A DNA stretch of 64,000 nucleotides from a virus. Lineage: Duplodnaviria; Caudoviricetes. The translations under genes were made by a program, and so were the position numbers. The stretch covers positions 64,001 through 128,000 of IMG/VR virus record IMGVR_UViG_3300017721_001026. The stretch is one strand, 5' to 3'. Of this stretch, positions 26,101-35,689 are shown piece after piece. Each line of letters opens with the position of its first letter. Within the stretch, counting starts at the first letter, position 1. The notes below the pieces were generated by a model, which saw only the letters and a program-made list of their open reading frames with translations, searched no databases and was not told the DNA's origin.

Positions 26101-26264
26101 TTAGAACCTCTTGATGTTCTCTCTGTTAGATAGTCACCGACCGTGCTACCGATACCCACACCACCCAACATCACTATAGATGTTGACAATCCTATGTTTT
26201 GATTAGCATCTCTAATTTCAACAAAAGATGCAAATTGAGATAATTCTCTACTATTTCTAGTCAT
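23196..26264 (-). CDS. virion structural / tail-associated protein
   Basis: 1022 aa with beta-rich repeats (GDLxVxGNxI); late promoter ACTAAATA at 26297-26304. Confidence 0.7.
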   Translation of the reverse strand: MTRNSRELSQFASFVEIRDANQNIGLSTSIVMLGGVGIGSTVGDYLTERTSRGSNANDSLINFNESYLLDDVYIEGNLNIDNGSSGSVTGFGATFPKLNVGGLTTTRDLVVTGVTTLSRDTGMGTVYIGQPSVPVANAQGSDPSNGNADFGLSPVGPGGGSYADSDSVAHALVVIDNVGSDDPKESALYVAGRVHFNGTDPVISGQPGLGTEFVVVPGSIFYDTATFMEGVDVVPAEGASVRPTLRVLSPEFENNPGIGISDNFAKPAIYTSGGLQVDCNLGVGKSTKIDGSISVGSSIDYSNPIGASENTFFNNTAFRVPEVYVGIDSGDKRFVDGSAAANGNRTSINFGTSTLTDLLPKIADGRPHAFIGSESGRWETGFFHFLDIGPLGTDSQVNMVNLDVGLGATIAYLSVAGAGGGTDENEVYLDVGPGKATFANVDSAGFFSHVGVATITGFLNVISDSYNNAYVATAFQANNVDLYKQDENNSINPEFFYPAMGNSGQNQTAAGGQLFVNPGFYLDAFSTSLFVHNNLNVLGTAINADESEVDLRFDLLNYGVKELNLASNARFIDIGEAESADGGFTSIRSNVTELTRLRLSQNDIQASTGDTAIRLFDNTYVAISGWVQIGGTYIKCDQNDINIADTSLRADLFKSATDIVIGGNDIGVTTIRSNVTEIFSFLRLGKNTIQADDGATAITVGTAGTYVETTGDLIVGGNDIQTGFGITNIQMIGDSKTILYGDLEVRGNQILASDSTVNILMFDDQELTSFTGDIRVEGNNILAGTGDTNITMVANNNTIFAGPIQVNGDIIRASNGQDNITMDSDVKTTVAGDLQVGTGTMRAGGGTICIAMEDGTGSVAISSDVTANSAFFNGIEARLNVQDVNIRDNLLTLGLIEDPLNEGTLIPPNVAVGNTGDAGILMARYDVGLSTHKYAGIFYDQSAGRVAIRTDVDPDPGTGEIGRDRYVLPQGLPSEMELQNLYININNTLGLTTIFEAATVDTGEEVKEVLNIVNVEMDAGFY

Positions 26265-26317
26265 CTATTTCTTTAGCTAGGTGGATCTCTTAAGAGTATT
26301 TAGTTTTTAATAATCTG

Positions 26318-26548
26318 CTATTTATTATATACACCTCTGGGATACATCTGACCAGACTGTGGTCTCCCTGGTGCATTCCACCCACGTTGCTGTGTAGTTA
26401 ATCCCACAACAGAAAAATTAACACCAAGTAAATTTGCATCACGAAATATAGGATTTAATGTTATTGTTGTTACTTTTGTTGATTGAAAACCAGTAGATAA
26501 ACCAGAAGATTGAACTGATCCTAATGATGGGATAGAATAATCTGCCAT
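26318..26548 (-). CDS. small structural partner protein (copy 2)
   Basis: MADYSI...RPQSGQMYPR; paralogue of 28259..28537. Confidence 0.7.
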   Translation of the reverse strand: MADYSIPSLGSVQSSGLSTGFQSTKVTTITLNPIFRDANLLGVNFSVVGLTTQQRGWNAPGRPQSGQMYPRGVYNK

Positions 26549-28242
26549 CAGACTCTCCTTGCACAGAGTGCAATACCTGAGGTTTCTGTATGTTGATTAT
26601 AAGAAGCCTGAATTATCTCATAAACTTCAGAACCACTAATTGTGATTGTGTCACCTTGTGTAAAGTTTGTTTCACTAGTAGAGTATTTAAAATCAATTAA
26701 AACAAAATCATCTGGTAGATAATATGGACAAGGAACCATTTTGGAGCAAACTGGAATTCCTTTGATAACAGAATTATAATCTAATTCTGCGGGAGAACTT
26801 ACACTATCTGGATAAGTTGCTTTGGTATGATTTGAAGTTCTTGCATATATTGCATTTGGACCACCAATATTGCTTTCATGATAACCATATGCTTGTGAGG
26901 TCTGCCCATTATAATCATTATTAGTGGCAGACGTTGATGACATTGTACTTCGATACTGATCTGCAAAAACAGTTCTTCCGATGGAATCGGAATTACTTCT
27001 CGCATTCATATAACCAACAAATGCAGATCTTAAATTTGCAACTCCATTCATAGTATCAAGTGGAGATGACTCAGTGTAATAGTTATAAAAGTTTCCATGA
27101 GTTAGTGTGTCAAAATTTATTTGTGAAAAATTTCCATAAATTGTATTAGTACAACGTTGTGGTCGAATAATAGTTATTGCATTATTATAGCAATAATCAT
27201 AATCCCATAGTGATGAAGTGTAATTATGGAAAAAGAATGTTAGAAATACATTATTATCAATTGATGAACCTGCTAATGTTGGTTGACTAAAAGAAAATAT
27301 TGCAAATTTAGGATCAAGAGCAGACTGATATATCCTTAATTTTAAGTCATGGGTTGACGGAGAACTTGTTGTTGCAAATCTGAGAGCATTTGCAAATGAA
27401 GTATTATAATTTGGATTGCAAGATCCCACTTGGTTACTTCTAAATGCTGTATGGTAAGTGTTGCTAGTGGGATCATATCCATCATTTGAAGTTACATTAT
27501 ACCATGCTGATGAGGCACTAGTTACTACGTCACTACCACTAACACCAGTAGTGTCTACAAGATATTGACCAGCAAATCTATATTGAAATCCAGAAGAACC
27601 ATCAGTTGTGTTAGATGCCTGCGACTGTGATGGATTATTGTCATTGTCAGTATCAGTATATTTTGGTGAATATGGATGGAATGCACTCCCTACAGCAAAT
27701 GATAAATTAAAGTCAGACCAAACTTGAAATCCTCTATAAGTTGTACCATATTTTTTACCAGACTCAATTTCATGCCTTAAGACAGCAAAAGGATATTCAC
27801 TTCCAACTCCAACATGTTTTTGATAAAATGTAGTTGTAGATCCATATGATGTTGGTGAACCATTTCCAGCAACACTTACAGTAATACCTAATCCAATAGC
27901 AGCACCACCACCAATTAAAGATGGATCAAAAGTTAAATACTCACCATCAATATATCCATATCCAGGACGATTTACGTGTATATCAATAATTACACCACTA
28001 CTTCTGTAAATATCAAAAGTTGCACCAGTACCAATTCCAGATGTTGTTGATGCTTCAACGTTATAATAATCGTCCTCATTTGCAGTTAATTCACCACCAT
28101 TTCTCTGAGTAACAAAGGTGACAATACCTGTTAGAGTTTCACCATGAAACTCTACAATTTCAAATGCTTCTTCAAGTGCAAGAACGACATCAGATCTTGC
28201 CCAACCTGCTGATTTTGTAATTGTGCTGATGGATACTGCCAT
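26548..28242 (-). CDS. virion structural protein (copy 2)
   Basis: C-terminus VIKGIP..PCPYYLPDDFVLI..CARRV shared with 28537..30495; late promoter at 28260-28267. Confidence 0.75.
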   Translation of the reverse strand: MAVSISTITKSAGWARSDVVLALEEAFEIVEFHGETLTGIVTFVTQRNGGELTANEDDYYNVEASTTSGIGTGATFDIYRSSGVIIDIHVNRPGYGYIDGEYLTFDPSLIGGGAAIGLGITVSVAGNGSPTSYGSTTTFYQKHVGVGSEYPFAVLRHEIESGKKYGTTYRGFQVWSDFNLSFAVGSAFHPYSPKYTDTDNDNNPSQSQASNTTDGSSGFQYRFAGQYLVDTTGVSGSDVVTSASSAWYNVTSNDGYDPTSNTYHTAFRSNQVGSCNPNYNTSFANALRFATTSSPSTHDLKLRIYQSALDPKFAIFSFSQPTLAGSSIDNNVFLTFFFHNYTSSLWDYDYCYNNAITIIRPQRCTNTIYGNFSQINFDTLTHGNFYNYYTESSPLDTMNGVANLRSAFVGYMNARSNSDSIGRTVFADQYRSTMSSTSATNNDYNGQTSQAYGYHESNIGGPNAIYARTSNHTKATYPDSVSSPAELDYNSVIKGIPVCSKMVPCPYYLPDDFVLIDFKYSTSETNFTQGDTITISGSEVYEIIQASYNQHTETSGIALCARRV

Positions 28243-28258
28243 TGGTTTTTATTTTTAG

Positions 28259-28537
28259 TTATTTATTAAATCTAGGATACATCTGACCATTTGGTGGTCT
28301 ATCTTGAGAATCATTTGGACTTACAAATGATTTGGAATCTGGAAGATAAAGTGTTTTTGTTTCTTCAAAACTAATTGAACCAAGTCTTTTGGTTCCATTC
28401 ATTACAATTTTAATAACACTTCCATCTCTTTGCCAAATATAGTCATATGTTGTACCAATAACTGCATCAACATTTAATGCTGTTGATGCAATCCCAGTAA
28501 CTGTGGTTGTTAAATTTGCAATAGACCAGTCTGCCAT
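28259..28537 (-). CDS. small structural partner protein (copy 1)
   Basis: MADWSI...RPPNGQMYPRFNK. Confidence 0.7.
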   Translation of the reverse strand: MADWSIANLTTTVTGIASTALNVDAVIGTTYDYIWQRDGSVIKIVMNGTKRLGSISFEETKTLYLPDSKSFVSPNDSQDRPPNGQMYPRFNK

Positions 28538-30495
28538 TAAACTATCCTCGCACAGAATAAAATTCCTCTTGTCCTGGTGGTCTGATTATATGATGCTTCA
28601 ATTACTTTATAAATTTCAGAACCACTAATTGTGATAGTATCTCCTTGCTGAATATTTGCACCTGTTTGATTATAGTCAAACTGAATAAGAACAAAATCAT
28701 CTGGTAGATAATAGGGGCAAGGTATCATTTTTGTTGAAAGTGGAATACCTTTAATTACCGCATTAAAATCGGTAGAAGGATCCAGTTTATCTGGACCTGC
28801 TTGGGAGATACCACCAGTTGTTCTCTTGTCAGTACCTCCTGGTCTATAGTAAATACTTACAGTATTTGTAGAAAGTGTCTGTTCATAAGTCTTTGCTTCA
28901 TAGGTATCTTCAAAAAATGTGTCAGATGTATCACCATAATATTGATCATAACCAAATTCTGCAGATCTTTTTGATGGATAGTTAGTACCTTCATGAATTC
29001 CTTCAAGATAAGTTTTAAATTTTATTTTAGGATCAGTTGTATTTCCTCCTTCACCATCAATTACTGTCACTCCACTCAAATATAGATAATCCAAATCCCA
29101 AACATTAGTTGTATAATTACTGAAGAAGAATGTACTTTTAGTTGTCGTATCAAATACTGTACTAGAAGCAGTTGGTTTGAAGAAAGAAAATACTGCAAAA
29201 TTCGGATCAATACCAGATCTGTAAACAATTAAATTGAGTTCATATGTAGTAGAACCACCTGTACTCAAAGATGTTTGACCCTGCTGATACAGATTGCCAG
29301 TTTGTAATAGTTTTGATTCAGAACCGTGTATCACATCAAGATTACTCCAATCTAAGTATGGTGTTCCAGAAAAACGTCTTCCATAACCATGACCACCAGT
29401 TGCAGTTTTAGAAGTTGTACTATTATTTGCTTGTGTAGGTGTTGGGTTATAACCAGAACCTGCTAAAAGATATAATGTTGAATTACTATTGTTAAATACA
29501 AATCCTCTCCAAGTTGTTCCATATCTCTTATTTTCATCTATAACTTGTTTCCAAACTGCGGAAGAAGTACTTCCGTTTCTGTAAGCATCATAAAATGTTG
29601 TAGTAGAACCATATCCAGTTGTTGAAATGTTTCCAGCATCTGCAGGTTCTACAATGATTGTTGGGTGTAATGCTTCATCAGTTGCAATAGTCGTACTATC
29701 TCTAAGTGGTTTTACATAATATGTTCCTCTCTGACCCCATTCTGGTGTCCAAATCACTGTTGCGTTTGCATCATTACTGTATCCATTTGAATAATGAACA
29801 TCTACTGCATGATCAACATTGTCTACAACAGATGTTTGATAACAACCCGCTAAACTTCCACCAAAAGTTCCAGAGTCAACGATTCCCATATAATATCTAG
29901 CACTACTACTTCCCATATTACCCACAAGAGTTAAGGTATCACCTTCTTTAATGGTAATTGTAGTTCCAGGACCAAGAACTGAACCATTTCTATCTTCACC
30001 AGTTGCATACCAATAATCAACATTGGTTGTAAATGTTACTGCATATGAAACACCACCAGAAATTGTTGAATCAACAATAACTTGAGCTGTAACATGATCT
30101 TGATCATAAGTTCCACCAAAGTAAGATGAAGGTATTTTTATAACTTCTCCACCCACATAATTTTTTCCACATCTATTAACTTGGAAAAAAGTTAATTCAC
30201 CATTATGGTCGTAAAAACCGTCAATATTATTAGTTATTCTATGTCCATAAAGTTCGGCACCTGTTCCAATTCCAGTTGTTTCGGTTACATATGCCTCAAA
30301 ATATTCATTATCTGATCCAGTAAGTACATTATTACCAACGTTTACACTACTTATTCCAGAAACTAATCCATAATCAGTATCACCATGCCATTCTAACCAA
30401 GTTAGTTGTTGTTCTAGTAAGTTAATAACGTCTTCACCATTCCAGGTGCCTACGTCGGCAGTATTGACTCCTACTGTATTGATTGCGACTGCCAT
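28537..30495 (-). CDS. virion structural protein (copy 1)
   Basis: S/T/G-rich; paralogue of 26548..28242. Confidence 0.75.
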   Translation of the reverse strand: MAVAINTVGVNTADVGTWNGEDVINLLEQQLTWLEWHGDTDYGLVSGISSVNVGNNVLTGSDNEYFEAYVTETTGIGTGAELYGHRITNNIDGFYDHNGELTFFQVNRCGKNYVGGEVIKIPSSYFGGTYDQDHVTAQVIVDSTISGGVSYAVTFTTNVDYWYATGEDRNGSVLGPGTTITIKEGDTLTLVGNMGSSSARYYMGIVDSGTFGGSLAGCYQTSVVDNVDHAVDVHYSNGYSNDANATVIWTPEWGQRGTYYVKPLRDSTTIATDEALHPTIIVEPADAGNISTTGYGSTTTFYDAYRNGSTSSAVWKQVIDENKRYGTTWRGFVFNNSNSTLYLLAGSGYNPTPTQANNSTTSKTATGGHGYGRRFSGTPYLDWSNLDVIHGSESKLLQTGNLYQQGQTSLSTGGSTTYELNLIVYRSGIDPNFAVFSFFKPTASSTVFDTTTKSTFFFSNYTTNVWDLDYLYLSGVTVIDGEGGNTTDPKIKFKTYLEGIHEGTNYPSKRSAEFGYDQYYGDTSDTFFEDTYEAKTYEQTLSTNTVSIYYRPGGTDKRTTGGISQAGPDKLDPSTDFNAVIKGIPLSTKMIPCPYYLPDDFVLIQFDYNQTGANIQQGDTITISGSEIYKVIEASYNQTTRTRGILFCARIV

Positions 30496-30498
30496 TTA

Positions 30499-32820
30499 TT
30501 ATGCCTCTAATTGGAGAATGGTTAGGTTTGCGTTAATTGATTGTGTACTTCCAGATAGATTTGTAATTGCCATATAGATTATGGTATCAACTGGATCATC
30601 CATGTTTCCACCCATTGTGAATGGAGAGATTTTTTGTTCAGTAGAGATGCCTGTCGTTACAACTTCAGCAATAACTCCACTTCCTGCTGCTGGATCTTCC
30701 CCAACACTTCTACTAGAATCAGTAGTTCTAGATTCACTATCAGTATATATTCTAATCCAACCTGCCGTAGATAAACCAACTTTCATCAGTGCATAAGACT
30801 TAAATCCAGTAACTGTTACAAGACCTACAGCATTATCAGCAATAGATCCTGTGGATGCAGAAACTATTGTTCTATTTTGTAGTGAACCACCAGATGCAGT
30901 AACAGTAGCAATACCAGAACTGTAACTAACATCTAGACCAGCATCAAAGTTGATAGTCTTTGCAGAACCAACGTTTGATCCACTGTTTTCAACAACAACA
31001 CCATCACCAGTTGCATTAACATTGAGTAGTGCAGATCCGTCAATAGCAGGTAATACACCAGTAAGTTCACCTGAAGGAATACTTGTGAGACCAGCACCAG
31101 AACCAACAAATTCTGAACCAGAACCAGAAAGTGTTACATCACCATAAACAGTAATTCCGTTAGTTGCAGTTTCAAGTCTTAATGTATTGTTATAATAAAG
31201 ATCAACTGCACCATCGGAATGTGCAAGTAATCTTTTACTTCCATTTTTATCAATTTTGGTATCTCCATCAGAACGAATAAACAATGTTCCTGTTCGTTGA
31301 TAAGCAATACCAACATCACTGCCAGTTTCGTAAATATAAAGATCATCATCTACACCAACCTTCAATCCAGAACTGAAACCGTCACCAGTACTCACACTTG
31401 TTGCTTCTACACTCTGGAATGTAGAAACACCAGAAACCTTCAGAGTATCAGTTTCAATATGTCCAGTTACATCAATACCAGTGCTAGTAATATCACTAAA
31501 TCCTGAAGTTCCTGTTGTGCTGATACCAGGAATAGCTGCTGTAACTGTAACAACACCAGCAGATACTGGAGATACATCTAAACCAGTAGAGAAATCAACT
31601 GTTGAAGCAGCACCAATTGATGAACCACTATCCTTGATTTCAATACCAGATCCAACAGCAGATACACCAGTAAGTGCAGAACCATCGAGTGCAGGTAATA
31701 CTCCTGTAAGTTGTCCAGCAGGCAATCCTGTAAGTCCAGAAGCAGCACCAGAGTAAGATGTGGCAGTAACACTACCACCAACAGTTAGCATGTCTGTGAG
31801 AACTGTTGTATTGATACCAGTTCTTCCTTCATTATTAATGTATTGTCTAATATTTCCTTCACCATCAGCAATAACAACTCGATTAGATAGACCTCTAATG
31901 TCTAGACTACCAGAGTTACCGTCATATCCACCAACAACAATGTTATATTGTCCATTAGTAATCAGTTGTCCTGCTTTAATACCTAGACCAACATTATATC
32001 CACCAGAGTTTACATTATTAAGTGACAGTTCACCAATACCAATGTTTCTACCATTACCGCTAGAGAGTGAACCTAGAACCTGATCACCAATTGCAATATT
32101 TCTACCACTACCAGATCCAGCAGCAATATTACCAAATCTTAGGTTAGATGAAGCATTTGCTTGAATTCTTCCTTGACTGACTGTAAGAGTACCACTAACA
32201 TTTACGTCAGTATATGATGGACTGACCTCATCTTCACCTAGAATATAAATTGGACCACCCATATTTGGGTGAGCAGTACACTGATAGTAAAGAATTTTTG
32301 GAGAATCAAGCTGAACATCCCAAACTAGAGTTCCGTTAGTTACATTATTATTTGTAATACCATCATCATATTGTGTTCCAGCAGATCCATTGGGATCACT
32401 TTGAATTCTAAATGGGTGAGCACCCATATTATTAGTGAAATTATATGTCTGACCTCTTACTAAGTAAAGTGTAGGATCATTCTCTGCTCCAGTTAAACCA
32501 GGACCAGTGAATGTATAGTTACTGACACCATCAGCACCTAATGTCCAGGTTCCAGTTGTTCCACCAGCACCTGCTCCACCACCACTTACAGTTGCAATAC
32601 CTACATCATCATACTCTATGAAAAATGAACTATCAAAGTTTAATGTAGTTGTAGCACCAACTGGAACATCAGCACTTGATATTACAACAGATGATGCATT
32701 ATAATTTACTGTAAGATCAGTAGCATATCCTACCCATGCGGTTCCATTCCAAATGTAGGCACTACCTCCAAAATTGAAAATTTCACTTAATGATGGTGAA
32801 TTAGGAAAATCTATTGCCAT
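30499..32820 (-). CDS. tail fibre protein with a cupredoxin-like domain
   Basis: AHPF...YYQCTAHPNM; fibre repeats LPAxDGSAL; late promoter at 32839-32846. Confidence 0.75.
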   Translation of the reverse strand: MAIDFPNSPSLSEIFNFGGSAYIWNGTAWVGYATDLTVNYNASSVVISSADVPVGATTTLNFDSSFFIEYDDVGIATVSGGGAGAGGTTGTWTLGADGVSNYTFTGPGLTGAENDPTLYLVRGQTYNFTNNMGAHPFRIQSDPNGSAGTQYDDGITNNNVTNGTLVWDVQLDSPKILYYQCTAHPNMGGPIYILGEDEVSPSYTDVNVSGTLTVSQGRIQANASSNLRFGNIAAGSGSGRNIAIGDQVLGSLSSGNGRNIGIGELSLNNVNSGGYNVGLGIKAGQLITNGQYNIVVGGYDGNSGSLDIRGLSNRVVIADGEGNIRQYINNEGRTGINTTVLTDMLTVGGSVTATSYSGAASGLTGLPAGQLTGVLPALDGSALTGVSAVGSGIEIKDSGSSIGAASTVDFSTGLDVSPVSAGVVTVTAAIPGISTTGTSGFSDITSTGIDVTGHIETDTLKVSGVSTFQSVEATSVSTGDGFSSGLKVGVDDDLYIYETGSDVGIAYQRTGTLFIRSDGDTKIDKNGSKRLLAHSDGAVDLYYNNTLRLETATNGITVYGDVTLSGSGSEFVGSGAGLTSIPSGELTGVLPAIDGSALLNVNATGDGVVVENSGSNVGSAKTINFDAGLDVSYSSGIATVTASGGSLQNRTIVSASTGSIADNAVGLVTVTGFKSYALMKVGLSTAGWIRIYTDSESRTTDSSRSVGEDPAAGSGVIAEVVTTGISTEQKISPFTMGGNMDDPVDTIIYMAITNLSGSTQSINANLTILQLEA

Positions 32821-32880
32821 GTTCTTTAAGATTTTAAGTATTTATTGTAAGATAATAAGTCAAGTAACCTATTTAGATGA

Positions 32881-35667
32881 TTATGAATGATTCGTAACTT
32901 GAACTGCAAGTGAACCAGTGTTTACTCCCACATTATCACTTTGTTTATTAATTGTGAAGTCTACATGTGTAGTAGATCTTGCGGCACCAACATATGCAGA
33001 AAAACCTTGATCCATTGGTTGAGTTAGAACAAAGTAATCATCAACATCAGTATAAGAAGATGTGAATGTTAAACGATACTCTCCTTGACCTTGTTGTGAA
33101 ACAGTAACACCAGATGTTCCTGTCCAAGTTGGAGAAGTTCCAAGTCCAATCTCACCATACTTATCTCCTGGTGGATTAACTGTAGTTGTAAGTGTTCCTG
33201 AAGTTGGATATGCTTCAGTTGGTGGTGTAAATGTTGTTGTAGTAGCACTACCAATAGAAGTATATCTTGCAACGGTAGAAATTCTTAAGTCATCAATTAC
33301 TCCATCCCAGTCATCTTGACCAGATAACGTAGGATTCTTACCAAGATATATCTTTGCACTACTATCAGTCTGTATGTTATTATCAATAACTTGATCATTT
33401 ATTGTTTTTTCAGATTCAACTCCATTAAAGTAAAAGTGAATTGAACCATTATCAGGTTCTCTAACAACAGCAATGTGATTCCAACTTTGGAATATAGAAG
33501 ATTCAGTTACTGATCCAATTCCTACACCACCATATGAAGAACCATGTTTTTCATGATTCCACCATTTAAAATCAGTGTAACCAGTATTTCCTGAATCTTC
33601 CGCAAGAATGGCCCAACTGTTAGCTGCTCCACCATCAGTTTTTGATATTAAAACATCTGCATTTGATATATCATTAATAGGTATTGCATCAAAATAGAAC
33701 CATCCTTCTATAGTCCACTCTCCAGTAAAATTATAGTTAGATACATGAGGATATGAAGCATAACCTGCTTGAAGTCTTAGTGCTTTTGCTCCATATTTAA
33801 CAGGAGATGTGACTAGTGATGCATTAGCAATAGCATCAATATTATTACTACTTTTTGATACATCACTATAATCGGTATCAAAAGTAGATCTAAGGATGAC
33901 ATTATCCCACTCGGTGTCTTCAGCATCAGTAACTGTTGTTCCACTAGCAAGAGAAAATTCTCTCCAAGAAGATCCATCATAGAAGAATGGAGCACCACCA
34001 ATCATCTTAATATCACCAGTTGAACCAGCAGTACCTGCAATTGTTGCATTATTAACTGTAAGATTTACAGCACCATCAACTAATATGGTTGAAGCAAATG
34101 AAACATTATCATTAAATGTAGAAATACCAGTAACATCAATTCCAGCACCATCTGTTGTTATTCCAACTTCAGTAATACCAGTAATTCTTCCATTATTATC
34201 AACTGTTATTCGTGCGGATCTATCAAAATTACCATATGTACCCGCAGCAGCACCTGTTAATGCAGTGAATTCTGCACCAGAAGCACCAGCAGTAATAAAT
34301 CCTGAAATTTGCCCAGTAGTTACAATTCCTAATACAGCATTATCAACATATCCTTCAGTAGCATATCCAACTAAAGATGTTGGGGTAAATGCAAAAGTTC
34401 CTGATGAATTATTGTATGATAATGCATTTGTTCCTGCTGGATTTGATGTTACAGATAAATCTGTGAGACTAATACCAGATCCACCATCAGCAGTCAAGTC
34501 TGATGCAGGTGCCCAAAGAGATCCATTCCACTTAAGAACTTGTCCTGAAGATGGAGTAGTGCTACTGACATTAGAAAGACTTGAAATTTCTGTGTCAGCA
34601 ATTACTTCTTCTAATACTGAACCAAAATATGGTGGATCAACTGGACCACTTAAAGTTCCTGAAGTTGGATATGCTTCAGTTGGTGGAGTAAAACTTCCTT
34701 CCGTACTAATATATCTTGCAACAGTAGAAATTCTTAAGTTATCGATTAATCCATCCCAGTCATCTTGACCATCACCGTGGATAGGATTACTACCCAAATA
34801 TATTGATGCACTACTATCATTCTGTATGTTATTGTCAATCACACTACTATTAGTTGTTATTCCAGATTCAACTCCATTAAACCAGAAATGAATTGAACCA
34901 TCCGTAGATTCCCTAGTGACGGCAATGTGATTCCAACTTTGGAATATAGAAGATTCAGTTACTGATCCAATTCCTATACCACCATATGAAGAACCATGTT
35001 TTTCATAATTAAACCATTTAAAATCAGTGTAACCAGCATTTGGTGAATCTTCCGCAAGAATGGCCCAAGTGTCAGCTGCTCCACCATCAGATTTTGATAT
35101 TAAAACATCTGCATATGTAGCTATATTAACAGGTATTGAATCAAAATAAAACCATCCTTCTATAGTCCAATCACCCTCAAAGTCATATTCAGATCTATGG
35201 TTATATGTAAGATAACCATTTTGTGGAATTCTTAGTGATCCTGTTCCAAATTTTCGTGGTGCTGCAACGACATCTGTATTAACGGCACTGAATGCATTGA
35301 TGGAAAATTTTGAATCAAAATAATTTGATTCTTTATTAAAAGGAGTCAAAAGGACGACATTATCCCATTCAGTATCTGCAGATTCAGTTACTGGTACACC
35401 TTCTTTAAGAAAGAACTCTCTCCAAGCAGTTCCATCATGCATAAATGGAGCACCATGAAACATTTTAATGTCACCAGTTGTCCCTGATGTTCCTGCAAGA
35501 CTAGTATTAACACCAACTAATTGTAGACCATCACCAACAGATAGTGTTGCTCCAACAGCAACTGTTGAAGCACTAAGATTTAGATTACTAGAACTCTTAA
35601 TTGATGGAGTGCTAGTACCTATGCCTATAACACTCAGTTCTCTTACACCAGAAGACTTTTCTGCCAT
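32881..35667 (-). CDS. tail fibre protein with two LamG/ConA-like domains
   Basis: Twice: WTIEGWFY..WNHIAV.R..GxIDxLRIS; late promoter at 35679-35686. Confidence 0.8.
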   Translation of the reverse strand: MAEKSSGVRELSVIGIGTSTPSIKSSSNLNLSASTVAVGATLSVGDGLQLVGVNTSLAGTSGTTGDIKMFHGAPFMHDGTAWREFFLKEGVPVTESADTEWDNVVLLTPFNKESNYFDSKFSINAFSAVNTDVVAAPRKFGTGSLRIPQNGYLTYNHRSEYDFEGDWTIEGWFYFDSIPVNIATYADVLISKSDGGAADTWAILAEDSPNAGYTDFKWFNYEKHGSSYGGIGIGSVTESSIFQSWNHIAVTRESTDGSIHFWFNGVESGITTNSSVIDNNIQNDSSASIYLGSNPIHGDGQDDWDGLIDNLRISTVARYISTEGSFTPPTEAYPTSGTLSGPVDPPYFGSVLEEVIADTEISSLSNVSSTTPSSGQVLKWNGSLWAPASDLTADGGSGISLTDLSVTSNPAGTNALSYNNSSGTFAFTPTSLVGYATEGYVDNAVLGIVTTGQISGFITAGASGAEFTALTGAAAGTYGNFDRSARITVDNNGRITGITEVGITTDGAGIDVTGISTFNDNVSFASTILVDGAVNLTVNNATIAGTAGSTGDIKMIGGAPFFYDGSSWREFSLASGTTVTDAEDTEWDNVILRSTFDTDYSDVSKSSNNIDAIANASLVTSPVKYGAKALRLQAGYASYPHVSNYNFTGEWTIEGWFYFDAIPINDISNADVLISKTDGGAANSWAILAEDSGNTGYTDFKWWNHEKHGSSYGGVGIGSVTESSIFQSWNHIAVVREPDNGSIHFYFNGVESEKTINDQVIDNNIQTDSSAKIYLGKNPTLSGQDDWDGVIDDLRISTVARYTSIGSATTTTFTPPTEAYPTSGTLTTTVNPPGDKYGEIGLGTSPTWTGTSGVTVSQQGQGEYRLTFTSSYTDVDDYFVLTQPMDQGFSAYVGAARSTTHVDFTINKQSDNVGVNTGSLAVQVTNHS
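33470..33662. repeat. 193-bp direct repeat, copy A
   Basis: About 10 mismatches vs 34922..35114 by hand alignment. Confidence 0.85.
34922..35114. repeat. 193-bp direct repeat, copy B
   Basis: About 10 mismatches vs 33470..33662. Confidence 0.85.
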
Positions 35668-35689
35668 TGTTTTTTACTTATTTATTGGG

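Noticed and set aside
33470-35114. LamG repeat pair as a diversity-generating retroelement TR/VR
   Set aside because: Mismatches include C/G changes and are not adenine-specific, both copies are coding, and no reverse transcriptase is seen.
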